Part shown: positions 18,668 through 28,682 of the stretch, in pieces | How the letters are laid out: every line of letters starts with the position of its first letter | Position numbering within the stretch: position 1 is the first letter of the stretch | Assembly (NCBI GenBank): GCA_002457155.1 | Contig: NTJS01000001.1 | Coordinates: 69,354 to 133,353, forward strand | Direction of reading: 5' to 3' | Length of the DNA: 64,000 nt | From: Marine Group II euryarchaeote MED-G35 | GTDB lineage: Archaea; Thermoplasmatota; Poseidoniia; Poseidoniales; Thalassarchaeaceae | The notes under the pieces: generated by a model | The model's input: the letters and a program-made list of their open reading frames with translations, nothing else | Told to the model about the DNA's origin: nothing | Databases searched by the model: none | Translations under genes and position numbers: made by a program

Positions 18668-20086
18668 ATGGCGCTGGACCTGGGAAATTTGATGGATAGA
18701 AGTGATGAGATTTGGGAGCAATCGATTCTCCCAAGCCTATCTGATTTTATCGAGATAAAGGCCCTCTCCCCACTGTTCGAGCCTGATTGGGCCAACCTAG
18801 GCGAGTTGGACGCAACCATCGAGCTATTCTGCAAATGGCTCGACGAGCAGGGCATCTCCGGGATGTCATACGAGACGCATAGGATCGACGACCTCTCACC
18901 CGTGCTCCTGGTGACGATAGAGGGAACCGGACCCGGCGAGGTAATCTTCTACTCCCACCTCGATAAGCAGCCATCGAAACCAGAGTTGTGGTCAGAGGGA
19001 CTCCACCCCCTAAGAGCCGTCAGGAGTGATCCATGGCTCTATGGCCGAGGCTCCGTTGACGATGGTTATGGGGGGTACCTATGTGCCACCTCGATCCGGC
19101 TCCTGCAAGAGGCTGGGGTTCCACACCCACATTGCACGTTTATCATCGAGACCTGCGAGGAATCCGGTTCATTCGACCTCCCGCCATACCTGGAGGAACT
19201 GACGGACCAGTTGGGGAATCCGGACATGGTTGTCGTCCTGGACAGCGGAGGCCCGGATTACGACCATGTGTGGATGACTGAGGCCCTAAGGGGCCTGGTT
19301 TCGGGAACGCTTTCGGTGAAGGTGTCCCACGAGGGCATACATTCTGGAAACTCAGGGGGGTCGATCCCCTCTTCGTTCAGGATTCAGCGGATTCTCCTGG
19401 ACAGAGTTGAAGACTCCGCCACTGGTCGAGTTCTGATACCCGAGATGCATGTCGAAATCCCCCAAGAGGTGAGGGACAAGGCCGTTGCTCTCCGAGAGAT
19501 AGTGGGAAACAGCATCTGGGAGCAGTTCCCCACAGTCGATTCGCTCAGGCAGGCGTCAGAGACAACCGAGGACATGATAGTGGCAATGAACTGGGAGCCA
19601 ACGCTCTCGATAATCGGTGCTGATGGGATGCCATCGGTACAGGTCGCGGGAAACGTTCTCCGAACAAACACCGATCTAAAACTAAGCTTCAGGATACCAC
19701 CGGGAGTCGACTCAGAGGTTGCAATAGCCTGCGCGAAGAAGACCCTGGAGGAAGACCCACCATATGGTGCCGAGGTCACCTTCACCCCCGACTCGTGCGC
19801 AGATGGATTCCACGCCCCCCCTCTCGAGGGAACCGTCTCGGATGCAATCCATGACTCCTCAATTGAGCTAACCGGACTCCCCCCATTGGCAACTTGGACC
19901 GGGGGGACCATTCCATTCATGGCGATGATGCAGGGGAAATACCCGGAAGCCATGTTCCTCTGCACCGGCTCTTCCGGTCCTGGGAACAACGCGCACGGTC
20001 CTGATGAGAAATTACACATCCCCTCTTCGAAGAGGCTGACTGTAGCCCTTTCAGCAACAATCTCAGCTATTTGCGGAAACCCATGA
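18668..20086 (+). CDS. M20/M25/M40 family metallopeptidase/hydrolase
   Basis: HLDKQP, LYGRGSVDDG, CEESGS, NAHGPDE. Confidence 0.92.
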   Translation: MALDLGNLMDRSDEIWEQSILPSLSDFIEIKALSPLFEPDWANLGELDATIELFCKWLDEQGISGMSYETHRIDDLSPVLLVTIEGTGPGEVIFYSHLDKQPSKPELWSEGLHPLRAVRSDPWLYGRGSVDDGYGGYLCATSIRLLQEAGVPHPHCTFIIETCEESGSFDLPPYLEELTDQLGNPDMVVVLDSGGPDYDHVWMTEALRGLVSGTLSVKVSHEGIHSGNSGGSIPSSFRIQRILLDRVEDSATGRVLIPEMHVEIPQEVRDKAVALREIVGNSIWEQFPTVDSLRQASETTEDMIVAMNWEPTLSIIGADGMPSVQVAGNVLRTNTDLKLSFRIPPGVDSEVAIACAKKTLEEDPPYGAEVTFTPDSCADGFHAPPLEGTVSDAIHDSSIELTGLPPLATWTGGTIPFMAMMQGKYPEAMFLCTGSSGPGNNAHGPDEKLHIPSSKRLTVALSATISAICGNP

Positions 20087-20152
20087 TTAGCCGTTATTCC
20101 CCCATCTAAGTGCCGCCGGGGTTATATCGGGGTCACCTGCGCACCATGGAGG

Positions 20153-20791
20153 ATGATGGGCCAAGACGACTCAGGCGGAACTGACCCCCAGCCGACTATC
20201 CAAGAGCTAGAGCAGCAGGCTGCCAAGGACAAGGAGGCTCTGGACAAGCTCTTGGTCGCATATCAGGCACAAGAGGCCGATATCAGAGAGATGAAGGCCC
20301 AGGTGGAGACCCTTAACCGAGAACTGATTGACAAGGAGACCGAGAAGGAAGGCATCAACAACCTCCTCTCAAACCTACGTAGGAAGAAGGACGAGATGGA
20401 AGTCGAGCTAGCCAAGGCAAACACGAAGATTCCATACTTGGAGAGCAAACTCGACAAGACCGAGGAGTTGCTAGATAGAGAGAAGGCGAGACTAGGACAG
20501 GTACTCACTGTAGCCGAGGAGATAGACGAGTCAAACCAAGCTGCACAATCAGAGCTAGCCGCGAGGGACGATTGGTATGTCCAGCACATGCAACTATTCG
20601 AGGAACTCAATGAGGCAATCCAGACTCGTCACGACATGATCGACAGGGCCATAGCCACAGCCAAGGACATCCATTCCAAGCAGGAATCCTTCCAGGCACA
20701 AAAGCAGGCAGTGATTGAGGAGATCAAGGACATGGCATCAGAGGACGAAGGCCCAGGTGACTCCGATGAACCGGAGTCTGAGAACGAGTAA
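20153..20791 (+). CDS. Coiled-coil hypothetical protein
   Basis: Heptad-like E/K/Q/L-rich 212-aa ORF filling the gap; GGAGG before start. Confidence 0.7.
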   Translation: MMGQDDSGGTDPQPTIQELEQQAAKDKEALDKLLVAYQAQEADIREMKAQVETLNRELIDKETEKEGINNLLSNLRRKKDEMEVELAKANTKIPYLESKLDKTEELLDREKARLGQVLTVAEEIDESNQAAQSELAARDDWYVQHMQLFEELNEAIQTRHDMIDRAIATAKDIHSKQESFQAQKQAVIEEIKDMASEDEGPGDSDEPESENE

Positions 20792-20794
20792 CCC

Positions 20795-21499
20795 CTACTC
20801 GCCTACCTTCTTGATGAATCTGGCTGGAATCCCCCCCCAAGCTTCACCATCGGGGATATTGGTCCATTTTGGGACTACGGCTCTAGATGCTACGACTGCC
20901 CCTTCACCGATAGTGCATCCGGGTTGGACCGTGCTTCCCCCTCCAATCACCGCGTTGTTCCCTACACGCACAGGAGCGAGAACAATCTCCCCCCTTTCGA
21001 CCAAATGCCCATTTATTGTCGCATTTCCTCCAACTACTACGCCATCTCCAAGGGTCACCATATGGGCGTCATTAAGCGAATCTGTGAGAATCTGCACGCC
21101 CTTCCCAATCTTTGCGCCCATTAGTTTGTAGTATATGTTGACCTGTAGTGACGGTACTATATTCTTGATAAACATCTGTGCAACCTTATGGAAAACTAGT
21201 GACCATGCCCAAGCTATGGTAACCCAACTATTGAGGGGGTACCGCCCCTCTTTCAGAGGGGGTCGTAATAGTCCACCGAGGATGCCGCATATCAGCAGCA
21301 ATGTCAACCCCCACAACAAGTATCCAATTCCCAAACCCACACAAACGCCGAAAGCTTCGATCCAGAAATCCTGGGCCTTGCTCCATTCTGAGATTTCCAT
21401 GAACAGTAGGTAAGAGGGTACTGCGGCAATTCCCCAGACAACGGCAGAGAAAATTGCCACTGGTATCGTTAGTAAGTGTTGGACCAAAGAAAAATTCAT
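20795..21499 (-). CDS. Membrane-anchored hexapeptide-repeat (LbH) acyltransferase-like protein
   Basis: Two N-terminal TMs; MGAKIGKGV, VRVGNNAVIG, IGEGAVVA, WGGIPARFIK. Confidence 0.8.
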   Translation of the reverse strand: MNFSLVQHLLTIPVAIFSAVVWGIAAVPSYLLFMEISEWSKAQDFWIEAFGVCVGLGIGYLLWGLTLLLICGILGGLLRPPLKEGRYPLNSWVTIAWAWSLVFHKVAQMFIKNIVPSLQVNIYYKLMGAKIGKGVQILTDSLNDAHMVTLGDGVVVGGNATINGHLVERGEIVLAPVRVGNNAVIGGGSTVQPGCTIGEGAVVASRAVVPKWTNIPDGEAWGGIPARFIKKVGE

Positions 21500-23313
21500 T
21501 CTTCATCACCTGACTCGGTTATCAGTCCAGCTTCAATGTCCTCTTGTCTAGCAACCCTGATACCTTCCTCAACGTCGATGAAGATGAATAGTGACCACCC
21601 GATTAGTATTACGACAACTACGCTGGCCACTGCCGCCCTGCTCCCCATCGTCGCTGCACTGATTGCATAGATGATGGGTCCGAAAACCGCAGCAGCCTTT
21701 CCTATGAATCCGAAGAAACCGAAGAATTCAGTGGATCTCGAGGAAGGAGTGAGCATCGTGAAGAGGCTTCTGGCTTGGGCACCCGCTGTCCCCATGACAA
21801 CTCCGACTGCCATACCCAGTATTATCCATTGCAGATTGACGCCAATATTCAGAGGTCCCCATACATTGTCCCTCAGCAGGTTTGGCCACCAGTCGGCAAT
21901 CTCTCCCTCAATGATTGTCGGGTGCTCGCCTCCAACCGATCTATTCCCATCCAAGTCCCCCCCACTAAATGAGAATGAGAATCTGTGTTCGCTCACCTCG
22001 CCCATCTTGCTGACTAATCCACTAGCCGGTTCGGGAGCAAGGTACTCTCTAACGACATCATCATCGGACCACCTATTGCTATCTGTAGATGACACAATCA
22101 TGTAATCGAAGAATGCGTCTCTGAATGACTGGTCTCCATCACCGGTCTTGCTCACCCATCCTTTGACGCTATTCTCCTTATCGTAAAGTACGGATAGTTT
22201 GTATTCGCCTCTTTCCTCGTCGAAGTCGTACTGGAAGTCATACCGCTCGTGGTCGTCTCCTAGTTCCAGAGGGGCGAACCCAACAGCAAGTATTGCAACC
22301 ACTGAGTACACCCCCAGAGACCACCCGAGAACCCTCTTCGTTCCGAACCTGTTTGCCAGCTTGCCTCCAACCACAGTCATTGGCACTGCTGTGATATTCA
22401 CCATCAGCAATAGGACGAAGTTCATCGTCGGATTCAGCCTTAGGACAGAATCTCCGAAAGCCGAGGCCATCCCGCCTATGGTGTTGATGCCATCGAAGAA
22501 AAGCAGGTATGATCCAAGGTAGATGGCGAGAACCTTGAATTTCCTGATTTCCCCGAAGGTCTTCTTTACTTCCCCAATACCATCTCGAATAGCTTCCGTG
22601 GCAGAACTGTATTCCTTCGGGTTTGGGATCTGAGGTTCTGGGGTATTCCTAAACAACTGCATCCCAAAACCCAACCACCACATCGCACTAGTGACGAATA
22701 TGAAACTCAACACCCAAGGGCTCCATGGAGTACTCAAACCGAAGAAACCAGTGAGTCCTACCAGGAGGTGGATAACCAGGATTAGCGACCCTCCAGCAAA
22801 GCCGTAGGCATACCCCCAACTGGAAACGTGGTCCATGGAATCCCTATCTGCTAGGCTTGGCATGAATGCATAGTAAATCACATTCCCACCAGCGAATCCG
22901 ATGTTGCCTATTACCAGGCAGAATGCTAGGAACCTGTATCCAGACCCGACCTCTAGGTGCGGCGCTACTCCCATCATCGCGGTGAATAATACCCCGACTA
23001 TTGTGTACACCCAGAGTATCTTCTTCTTGATGGGCATCCGATCGGCTATTGCGCCAAGAACGGGACTGACTATCGCCACGAACAGGCTAGCTGAACCTAG
23101 GACAATTGCGTAGAAGGTATCCCCAGTGATTTTCAGACTCCCTAGTTCTGTTCCACCTCCTGTTGACAACTCGAACATGCTGGATAGTAACTGTGGAACC
23201 AGTACTGTGAGAACCGTGAGGGCAAATGCCTGGTTTGCCCAGTCGTACCAGTACCAGCCCGTCAAGGCCTTGTTTTCCTCACCACCCATTCCTTCTATTG
23301 TTCCGAGACCCAT
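21496..23313 (-). CDS. MFS transporter (UMF1/ATG22-like) with large inserted loop
   Basis: WYWYDWANQAF, SPVLGAIAD, SSWGYAYGFAGG, FFDGINT, ARSLF..EFFGFFGFIGKAAAVFGP. Confidence 0.88.
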   Translation of the reverse strand: MGLGTIEGMGGEENKALTGWYWYDWANQAFALTVLTVLVPQLLSSMFELSTGGGTELGSLKITGDTFYAIVLGSASLFVAIVSPVLGAIADRMPIKKKILWVYTIVGVLFTAMMGVAPHLEVGSGYRFLAFCLVIGNIGFAGGNVIYYAFMPSLADRDSMDHVSSWGYAYGFAGGSLILVIHLLVGLTGFFGLSTPWSPWVLSFIFVTSAMWWLGFGMQLFRNTPEPQIPNPKEYSSATEAIRDGIGEVKKTFGEIRKFKVLAIYLGSYLLFFDGINTIGGMASAFGDSVLRLNPTMNFVLLLMVNITAVPMTVVGGKLANRFGTKRVLGWSLGVYSVVAILAVGFAPLELGDDHERYDFQYDFDEERGEYKLSVLYDKENSVKGWVSKTGDGDQSFRDAFFDYMIVSSTDSNRWSDDDVVREYLAPEPASGLVSKMGEVSEHRFSFSFSGGDLDGNRSVGGEHPTIIEGEIADWWPNLLRDNVWGPLNIGVNLQWIILGMAVGVVMGTAGAQARSLFTMLTPSSRSTEFFGFFGFIGKAAAVFGPIIYAISAATMGSRAAVASVVVVILIGWSLFIFIDVEEGIRVARQEDIEAGLITESGDEE

Positions 23314-23426
23314 TCTACTCCGACCTCGCAGGTGTGGTAATGGTTTAGTGTATCCTACAACACCTAGTGTCTTATTCGTAAACGGGGGACACGTCAATAT
23401 CAAGAGCAAAGCGCCAAGCGCGTATC

Positions 23427-24560
23427 ATGGGCAAGTCATGTGGCATCATGGGGGACGGTTCCAAGGCAGTGAAGATCCACCATTTGGTCAAGGCACCTGA
23501 GAACACCCCAGAGTCAGTCTCATTCAGAGAATCCTGGGACGCCGGTAGACCGGTAACGGTATACAAGACTCCAGAAAATCTCCCAGATGGCACTCCATGC
23601 ACTGCGGCAACTGTGATTCTTAGATCCAAGGGTTGTGCTTGGTGGTGGAAGTCAGGATGCACATTCTGCGGTTACTTCAATGATGTTCGGGACGATGTTT
23701 CCGCTGATGACATGTTCTCACAATGGGAGTATGCAAAGAAAAAAACCAACCAGTTTGAAGGGTGCCAGATGGTTAAGGTGTACACATCAGGTACATTCTT
23801 CGAGGATCAGGAGAACCCACCAGAATGGCAGGAGGCTGTCCTGAAGGAGACAGCTGAGATGGGCCTCCATCTGGTTGTAGAGGCACAAGCGCAGATGTGC
23901 ACCCCTGAGAAGATCGAATGGGTTGCTGCCCGACATCCGGGATGCACCGTGGCAATTGGCCTAGAGGCTTACGACGACAGCGTACTACGATTCCACGTCA
24001 ACAAGGGATTCACAACCAAACAGTGGCACAGGGCGGTCGAAATGCTGAGGGATAATGACTTGCGAGTGAAAACATACCTCTTATTCAAGCCACCATTCAT
24101 GTCAGAGGGGGACGCGCTCATCCACACCACTTCTTGGCTGATTGACGTTGCAGCATACTCCGACGAAGTGTCTGTGAACCCCATGAACATACAAAAGAAC
24201 ACGATTGTTGACAGACTTTTCAGGAATAAGGAATACAGAACACCATGGCTTTGGTCGTTGGTGGAGATGATCAAGCGGGCTCATAAGGGCATAGAAGACG
24301 CCAATTGCAGAATAATCGTACATCCAACCGCGGGAGGCAAGATTCGCGGCGCTCACAATTGCGGCTCTTGTGACTCAGAGGTAGTGGCAGCGATAGAGAG
24401 GTATTCCGTCTCGGGAGACACCGATGAGTTCAGTCACTTGGAATGCTCATGCGAGGCACACTGGAGAGCAGAGTTGGACAACGATCTCAACCTACCAATC
24501 ACACTAGGATTTGGAACGTTCCGACGTGGAAATCCGACGGACCTAGTTCGTGCTCCTTGA
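23427..24560 (+). CDS. Archaeosine biosynthesis radical SAM protein RaSEA (TIGR01210-like)
   Basis: GCAWWWKSGCTFCGY, VKVYTSGTF, AIGLE, KTYLLFKPPFMSE, PWLWS, RGAHNCGSCD, CSC. Confidence 0.85.
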   Translation: MGKSCGIMGDGSKAVKIHHLVKAPENTPESVSFRESWDAGRPVTVYKTPENLPDGTPCTAATVILRSKGCAWWWKSGCTFCGYFNDVRDDVSADDMFSQWEYAKKKTNQFEGCQMVKVYTSGTFFEDQENPPEWQEAVLKETAEMGLHLVVEAQAQMCTPEKIEWVAARHPGCTVAIGLEAYDDSVLRFHVNKGFTTKQWHRAVEMLRDNDLRVKTYLLFKPPFMSEGDALIHTTSWLIDVAAYSDEVSVNPMNIQKNTIVDRLFRNKEYRTPWLWSLVEMIKRAHKGIEDANCRIIVHPTAGGKIRGAHNCGSCDSEVVAAIERYSVSGDTDEFSHLECSCEAHWRAELDNDLNLPITLGFGTFRRGNPTDLVRAP

Positions 24561-24645
24561 ACCAAATGACAAACTGTATCCGCCCAATGCTTAAGGGCAA
24601 ATCTCCGGTGGTAGAGTCGGAATTGTGCAATTCCGGGGTGATTGA

Positions 24646-24924
24646 TTGTCCGATGGCAGGTCCACTTTGATTGGAGAGTTCCTTCAAGGAGAGGGAGAAC
24701 CCCCATCTTCATGGGTAATGTTGGTAATGGGTTTTGTTTCCACCATGGTGTTCCTGATCCTTTATGGAATACTGTTCCCAAGCAGCGATCTTCCGGTGAT
24801 TTCCTCAGTTCTTCCAGTTTTTGATGGCGTCTTTGACTCCGGCATTTGGTTCTTCATCCTAGGAGCAATGATCGGCGTCTTCGCAATTTTGGGTACAATG
24901 CTAACCGAGGCAACCAGCGAGTGA
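24646..24924 (+). CDS. Small two-TM membrane protein
   Basis: 92 aa, two hydrophobic segments; stop overlaps GAGGTGA RBS of next gene. Confidence 0.7.
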   Translation: MSDGRSTLIGEFLQGEGEPPSSWVMLVMGFVSTMVFLILYGILFPSSDLPVISSVLPVFDGVFDSGIWFFILGAMIGVFAILGTMLTEATSE

Positions 24925-24933
24925 GGTGAAAAG

Positions 24934-26595
24934 ATGGGACTAATTACATCCATGGCCGCTTTCTGGTTAGCCATACTCGTTGTTTTCGTTCTGGTCAATA
25001 GGGGGATATGGGTTTTCACCGATGTTTCAAAGAGCATGAGCATGTTCATGCTTGAGAAAGCCCTTGGCCCTCCAATAGACTTCGTAGAAGGGAAGAGAGG
25101 ATCTGCAGCCACTTCATGGATAATCCAAGGAGCCCTTTGGCTAATCCCTGCATCGGTTATTACTTTCTGTGGACTTTGGCTTTCACATGACCCAGAAGCA
25201 CTTCACAGCCTTTCGTCATGGGGCCTAAACCCTGCTTCAACTTCCCTAATCACCTCCGGCTTCCTCGTTGCCGTTTACGGGTCCGTTGGGATGCTCCTCA
25301 TCGGCTCTTCCATGCACATCGTCCCTGAACTGGGAGGGACAACTCTTGCAACCGAGAAGAACGCTACTCTGATGTCTTTCGTCTGGACACTTGCAGTATT
25401 TGTGATGTTCATAGCAGCAAACAAGCCGGAGATTTTGGGTATCAAGGTCATGCCACTAGCCACTCTACTTTCCAACCTAGCACTCATTGCCGTCATCGTC
25501 AATATGCTCCTAACTGCGGCTTCTCGAACAAAAAAGATGCCACTGCCGGCATGGATGATGATTATTGGAATGATTTCCGCGCCTGTCTCGGTTGTCGTCC
25601 TAGCAATCACAGGTCCTCTGGATTCTGGCTCAGGACAGTGGCTAGCAACTAGGATGGGAGGCACGTCCTTCTTCTTGATGATGTCCGGTGCGATTCTATA
25701 CGGTGCTTCAAGGGGCAGCGGAAATCCACTCTGGTCCAGGTCTCTTGCAGCAGTTACCATGGTAGGGGCAATCCTCACAATTAATCCAGCAGGGCTAATT
25801 GAAGGTGAAATCGCATCTGACTTCCTCGGAATCAGTGCCGCTTCATTCGAACCTTCTAGGAACGATATCATAGCAGGCTCATTCCTCCTTGCACTTTCTC
25901 TAATCCCAATAATCGCTCTTTCAGCCAATGTATTGGCGACAATGAGAGGTGATGACGTGTTCATCGAGAATCCTGACTCTCCGGGAATGCCAGAGATCAA
26001 TCTGGCGGCCTTCATGGCTGTTCCCATCGCCATCGGAGGTCTTTTCGTTCTCACGGATCATCTTACTGGAACCAATGAGCTCACAGGAATTCATACATCA
26101 CTAGTCTTGATGGGTGTCTGGGTGGTTTTCGTCCCTGCATCCCTTGGGGCAGCACTATCCATCTTCCCCGAGGCCTCTGGACGGAACGTCCTTTCGGTAA
26201 ATAGATCCAGATGGGCCTTCTGGTTGATGGCTGGTGGGGCTTTCTCCGGCTTGGTCTTCACGATGATGGCCGACTTCTCCGACATGGCTCTTCTCGAAGC
26301 TGCTATCGAGGAGGAGAACTCTACGGCCAGTCGTATCAGGGTTTTGGGATCGATCCTCTTCTATGGAACGGTTCTCGGCTCGATATATCATTCACTAAAC
26401 ATAATCAGCGGCTCATTTAGGGGGGCTCTAGCCGACGAAGGACCCACCCCATCTTCAACTTCAATATCCAGCCCCTACAAGCTAACCAAGGAGACCACTG
26501 TCAGGAAGATATTAGCGCAGAGAGAAGGAAAGCTAGACACAGTAGTCGTTCCGGAATCCAGTACCGATGTTCCAGGAAACCCCACTGAGTTGTGA
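24934..26595 (+). CDS. Haem-copper oxidase subunit I (cbb3 CcoN)-like polytopic membrane protein lacking most metal ligands
   Basis: Colinear by eye with CcoN helices (HIVPELGGTTL; QWLATRMGG..LYG..GNPLWSRSL; ANVLATMRG; SIFPEASGRNVLS..WAFWL; RIRVLGSILF). Confidence 0.6.
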   Translation: MGLITSMAAFWLAILVVFVLVNRGIWVFTDVSKSMSMFMLEKALGPPIDFVEGKRGSAATSWIIQGALWLIPASVITFCGLWLSHDPEALHSLSSWGLNPASTSLITSGFLVAVYGSVGMLLIGSSMHIVPELGGTTLATEKNATLMSFVWTLAVFVMFIAANKPEILGIKVMPLATLLSNLALIAVIVNMLLTAASRTKKMPLPAWMMIIGMISAPVSVVVLAITGPLDSGSGQWLATRMGGTSFFLMMSGAILYGASRGSGNPLWSRSLAAVTMVGAILTINPAGLIEGEIASDFLGISAASFEPSRNDIIAGSFLLALSLIPIIALSANVLATMRGDDVFIENPDSPGMPEINLAAFMAVPIAIGGLFVLTDHLTGTNELTGIHTSLVLMGVWVVFVPASLGAALSIFPEASGRNVLSVNRSRWAFWLMAGGAFSGLVFTMMADFSDMALLEAAIEEENSTASRIRVLGSILFYGTVLGSIYHSLNIISGSFRGALADEGPTPSSTSISSPYKLTKETTVRKILAQREGKLDTVVVPESSTDVPGNPTEL

Positions 26596-26645
26596 TTCGA
26601 CCACATAGTCAATGTGTTGACAGGTCCTGCCACATCCGGGATAGC

Positions 26646-27929
26646 ATGAGGATAGGTCTTGTTGGGAAGCCGAACGTAGGAAAGTCAACCGCATTCTCCG
26701 CCCTAACTCAAATGCCTGTTGACATAGCAAACTATCCATTTACAACCATTGACCCCAATGTTGGGGTCACCTGGATTCCATTGCCAGAGAGGTGTGCTTG
26801 TTTCGACCTAAGGGAACGACGGGAATCTTCTGGCAGGCTCCAGCCTACATCTCCCGAGGATGATAGGAGAGGGAGTATCTGCAACCCCAATTCAGGCTCA
26901 TGTTCTGGGTTCAAGCGCATGGTTCCGGTAACTCTCGTTGATGTCGCTGGATTGGTCCCCGGTGCCCACGAGGGCAGGGGGAGGGGCAACCAGTTCCTAT
27001 CTGACCTCTCAAGATGTGATGCACTAATCCAAGTCGTGGATGTATCCGGTTCCACCGATCTGGAGGGCAACCCAGTCGGCTCAGGAGGATCCCAACCAAT
27101 TGAAGAGCATCAATTCCTAATCGGGGAGCTAGACTCATGGATTCTGGGAATAGTGGAGAACGGTTGGGACCGGGTCTCCAGAAAGGCTCAAGCAGAAGGA
27201 GTAACAGCGATTCGCGAACACATACTCGAGAGGCTGACAGGAATCGGTGCCAAGGAACAACACGTCTCAGTAGGATTTTCTTCAGTAGAGAGGGAACTGC
27301 AATCATCTTCAGATCCTGCTTCGTGGGGGCGTGAAGAACTCAGAACAATGTCTTCTGCAATCAGGAAGTCGATGTTCCCAATCTCAGTAGCAGCCAACAA
27401 GGCCGACAATAAGCGGTTATGCGGGTCCGAGTTAGAGGCCGCAGTAGAGTCAAATGGGGGCAAAGTCGTATTCACCAGTGCCGAGGCCGAACTCGCTCTA
27501 CGCCGCGCCTCATCTTCTGGGATGATTTCCTACCGGTTGGGGGATTCGGAATTTGAACTGACTGCAGCCGGTGAAGAGAATCTCTCCGAGAAACAGAGAG
27601 CAGCCCTATCCTCAATCTCCAGCACCCTATCTTCGTGGGATGGCGGAGGATTGGTCGGCCTGCTATCGGAGGTAGTGTTCAGTCAACTATCCAGAATCGT
27701 CGCATATCCGGTTCAGGACGAGACTCACTGGGTCGATGGTGATGGCAAGCTTCTCCCAGATGCAATTCTGATTCAAAGGGGAACCACTGCAAAGGGACTC
27801 GCATTCGAGGTCCACTCCGACCTCGGAGAGGGATTCGTTAGAGCGATCGACGCCAGATCTGGAAGAGTGATTGGAGCAGAACATGAACTAGTTGACGGGG
27901 ACATAGTCAGCATCCAGGCAAAGACCTAG
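26646..27929 (+). CDS. ychF: YchF/Obg-like ATPase (archaeal type) with TGS domain
   Basis: GKPNVGKS, ANYPFTTIDPN, DVAGLVPGAHEGRGRGNQFL, NKAD, LPDA..GTTAKGLAFEVHSDL. Confidence 0.92.
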   Translation: MRIGLVGKPNVGKSTAFSALTQMPVDIANYPFTTIDPNVGVTWIPLPERCACFDLRERRESSGRLQPTSPEDDRRGSICNPNSGSCSGFKRMVPVTLVDVAGLVPGAHEGRGRGNQFLSDLSRCDALIQVVDVSGSTDLEGNPVGSGGSQPIEEHQFLIGELDSWILGIVENGWDRVSRKAQAEGVTAIREHILERLTGIGAKEQHVSVGFSSVERELQSSSDPASWGREELRTMSSAIRKSMFPISVAANKADNKRLCGSELEAAVESNGGKVVFTSAEAELALRRASSSGMISYRLGDSEFELTAAGEENLSEKQRAALSSISSTLSSWDGGGLVGLLSEVVFSQLSRIVAYPVQDETHWVDGDGKLLPDAILIQRGTTAKGLAFEVHSDLGEGFVRAIDARSGRVIGAEHELVDGDIVSIQAKT

Positions 27930-28612
27930 CTACTTGCAGCCTCAATACTCAACTCAAAGAAAACAGCGGTCCAACTGATATCGAAGTCCTCATCGTTGTC
28001 AATGAAGCCACCTGCAACTGGGGCCGCTTCTATCGAAGCTGTGATCGTAGCAATCCATGATCCCATGCCTCTCCCTTCAGCGTCCCACAACTGCCTAATC
28101 TCATTCTCATTCAAATCCTCTTCAGTGTAGTCTTCTCCAGTGTAATTCGTAGTAATGTCCCAACGGATGGAAAAGCCACCATTACCCCCGCCCGAGCAAC
28201 TTCCATCCGCACTCTGGTCTTCTATATGGCCAGAGGCGTATCCTTCGACATCAATGAGATCGCTGACCCCTTCCACGGTGTCTGTGAAACCCGGACCCGG
28301 GTCATCATTATCGAAACAAGAAACTTCCAACTCTACATACCCGATGCTTAATGTCGACTCAGTCACAAGGTCGAAGAAAGAATCGTGACTATCCCCATCA
28401 CCAAGGGTTACTGATTCGCTCAGTGACGTCGTACTCTCTTCGAAGCTAACCATCAGTGAACCAGAAAGACCCGAGGAACCCCCTCCTGAGATGTCATCGT
28501 CTATCAGGGATGGAAGGGCTTCGAAGTAGACAGGGAATGCAACCAGGAAAACCAAGGTTCCTGCTAACGTCTTTACCTTCTGAGGGGTGTCTACAAGGTC
28601 TTGGAAGTCCAT
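27926..28612 (-). CDS. Hypothetical membrane-anchored acidic protein
   Basis: N-terminal TM then acidic beta-rich domain; stop overlaps ychF end. Confidence 0.65.
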   Translation of the reverse strand: MDFQDLVDTPQKVKTLAGTLVFLVAFPVYFEALPSLIDDDISGGGSSGLSGSLMVSFEESTTSLSESVTLGDGDSHDSFFDLVTESTLSIGYVELEVSCFDNDDPGPGFTDTVEGVSDLIDVEGYASGHIEDQSADGSCSGGGNGGFSIRWDITTNYTGEDYTEEDLNENEIRQLWDAEGRGMGSWIATITASIEAAPVAGGFIDNDEDFDISWTAVFFELSIEAASS

Positions 28613-28682
28613 GGCCGTTTCACCCTTCGCTCCCAGAGCACCATATCAAATGCTCTCCCTATCTGTACTCTAGAATCTGCAA

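Noticed and set aside
26780-26920. Cys-rich insertion in YchF
   Set aside because: A C-x-C...C-x-P...C insert is normal for the archaeal YchF subfamily
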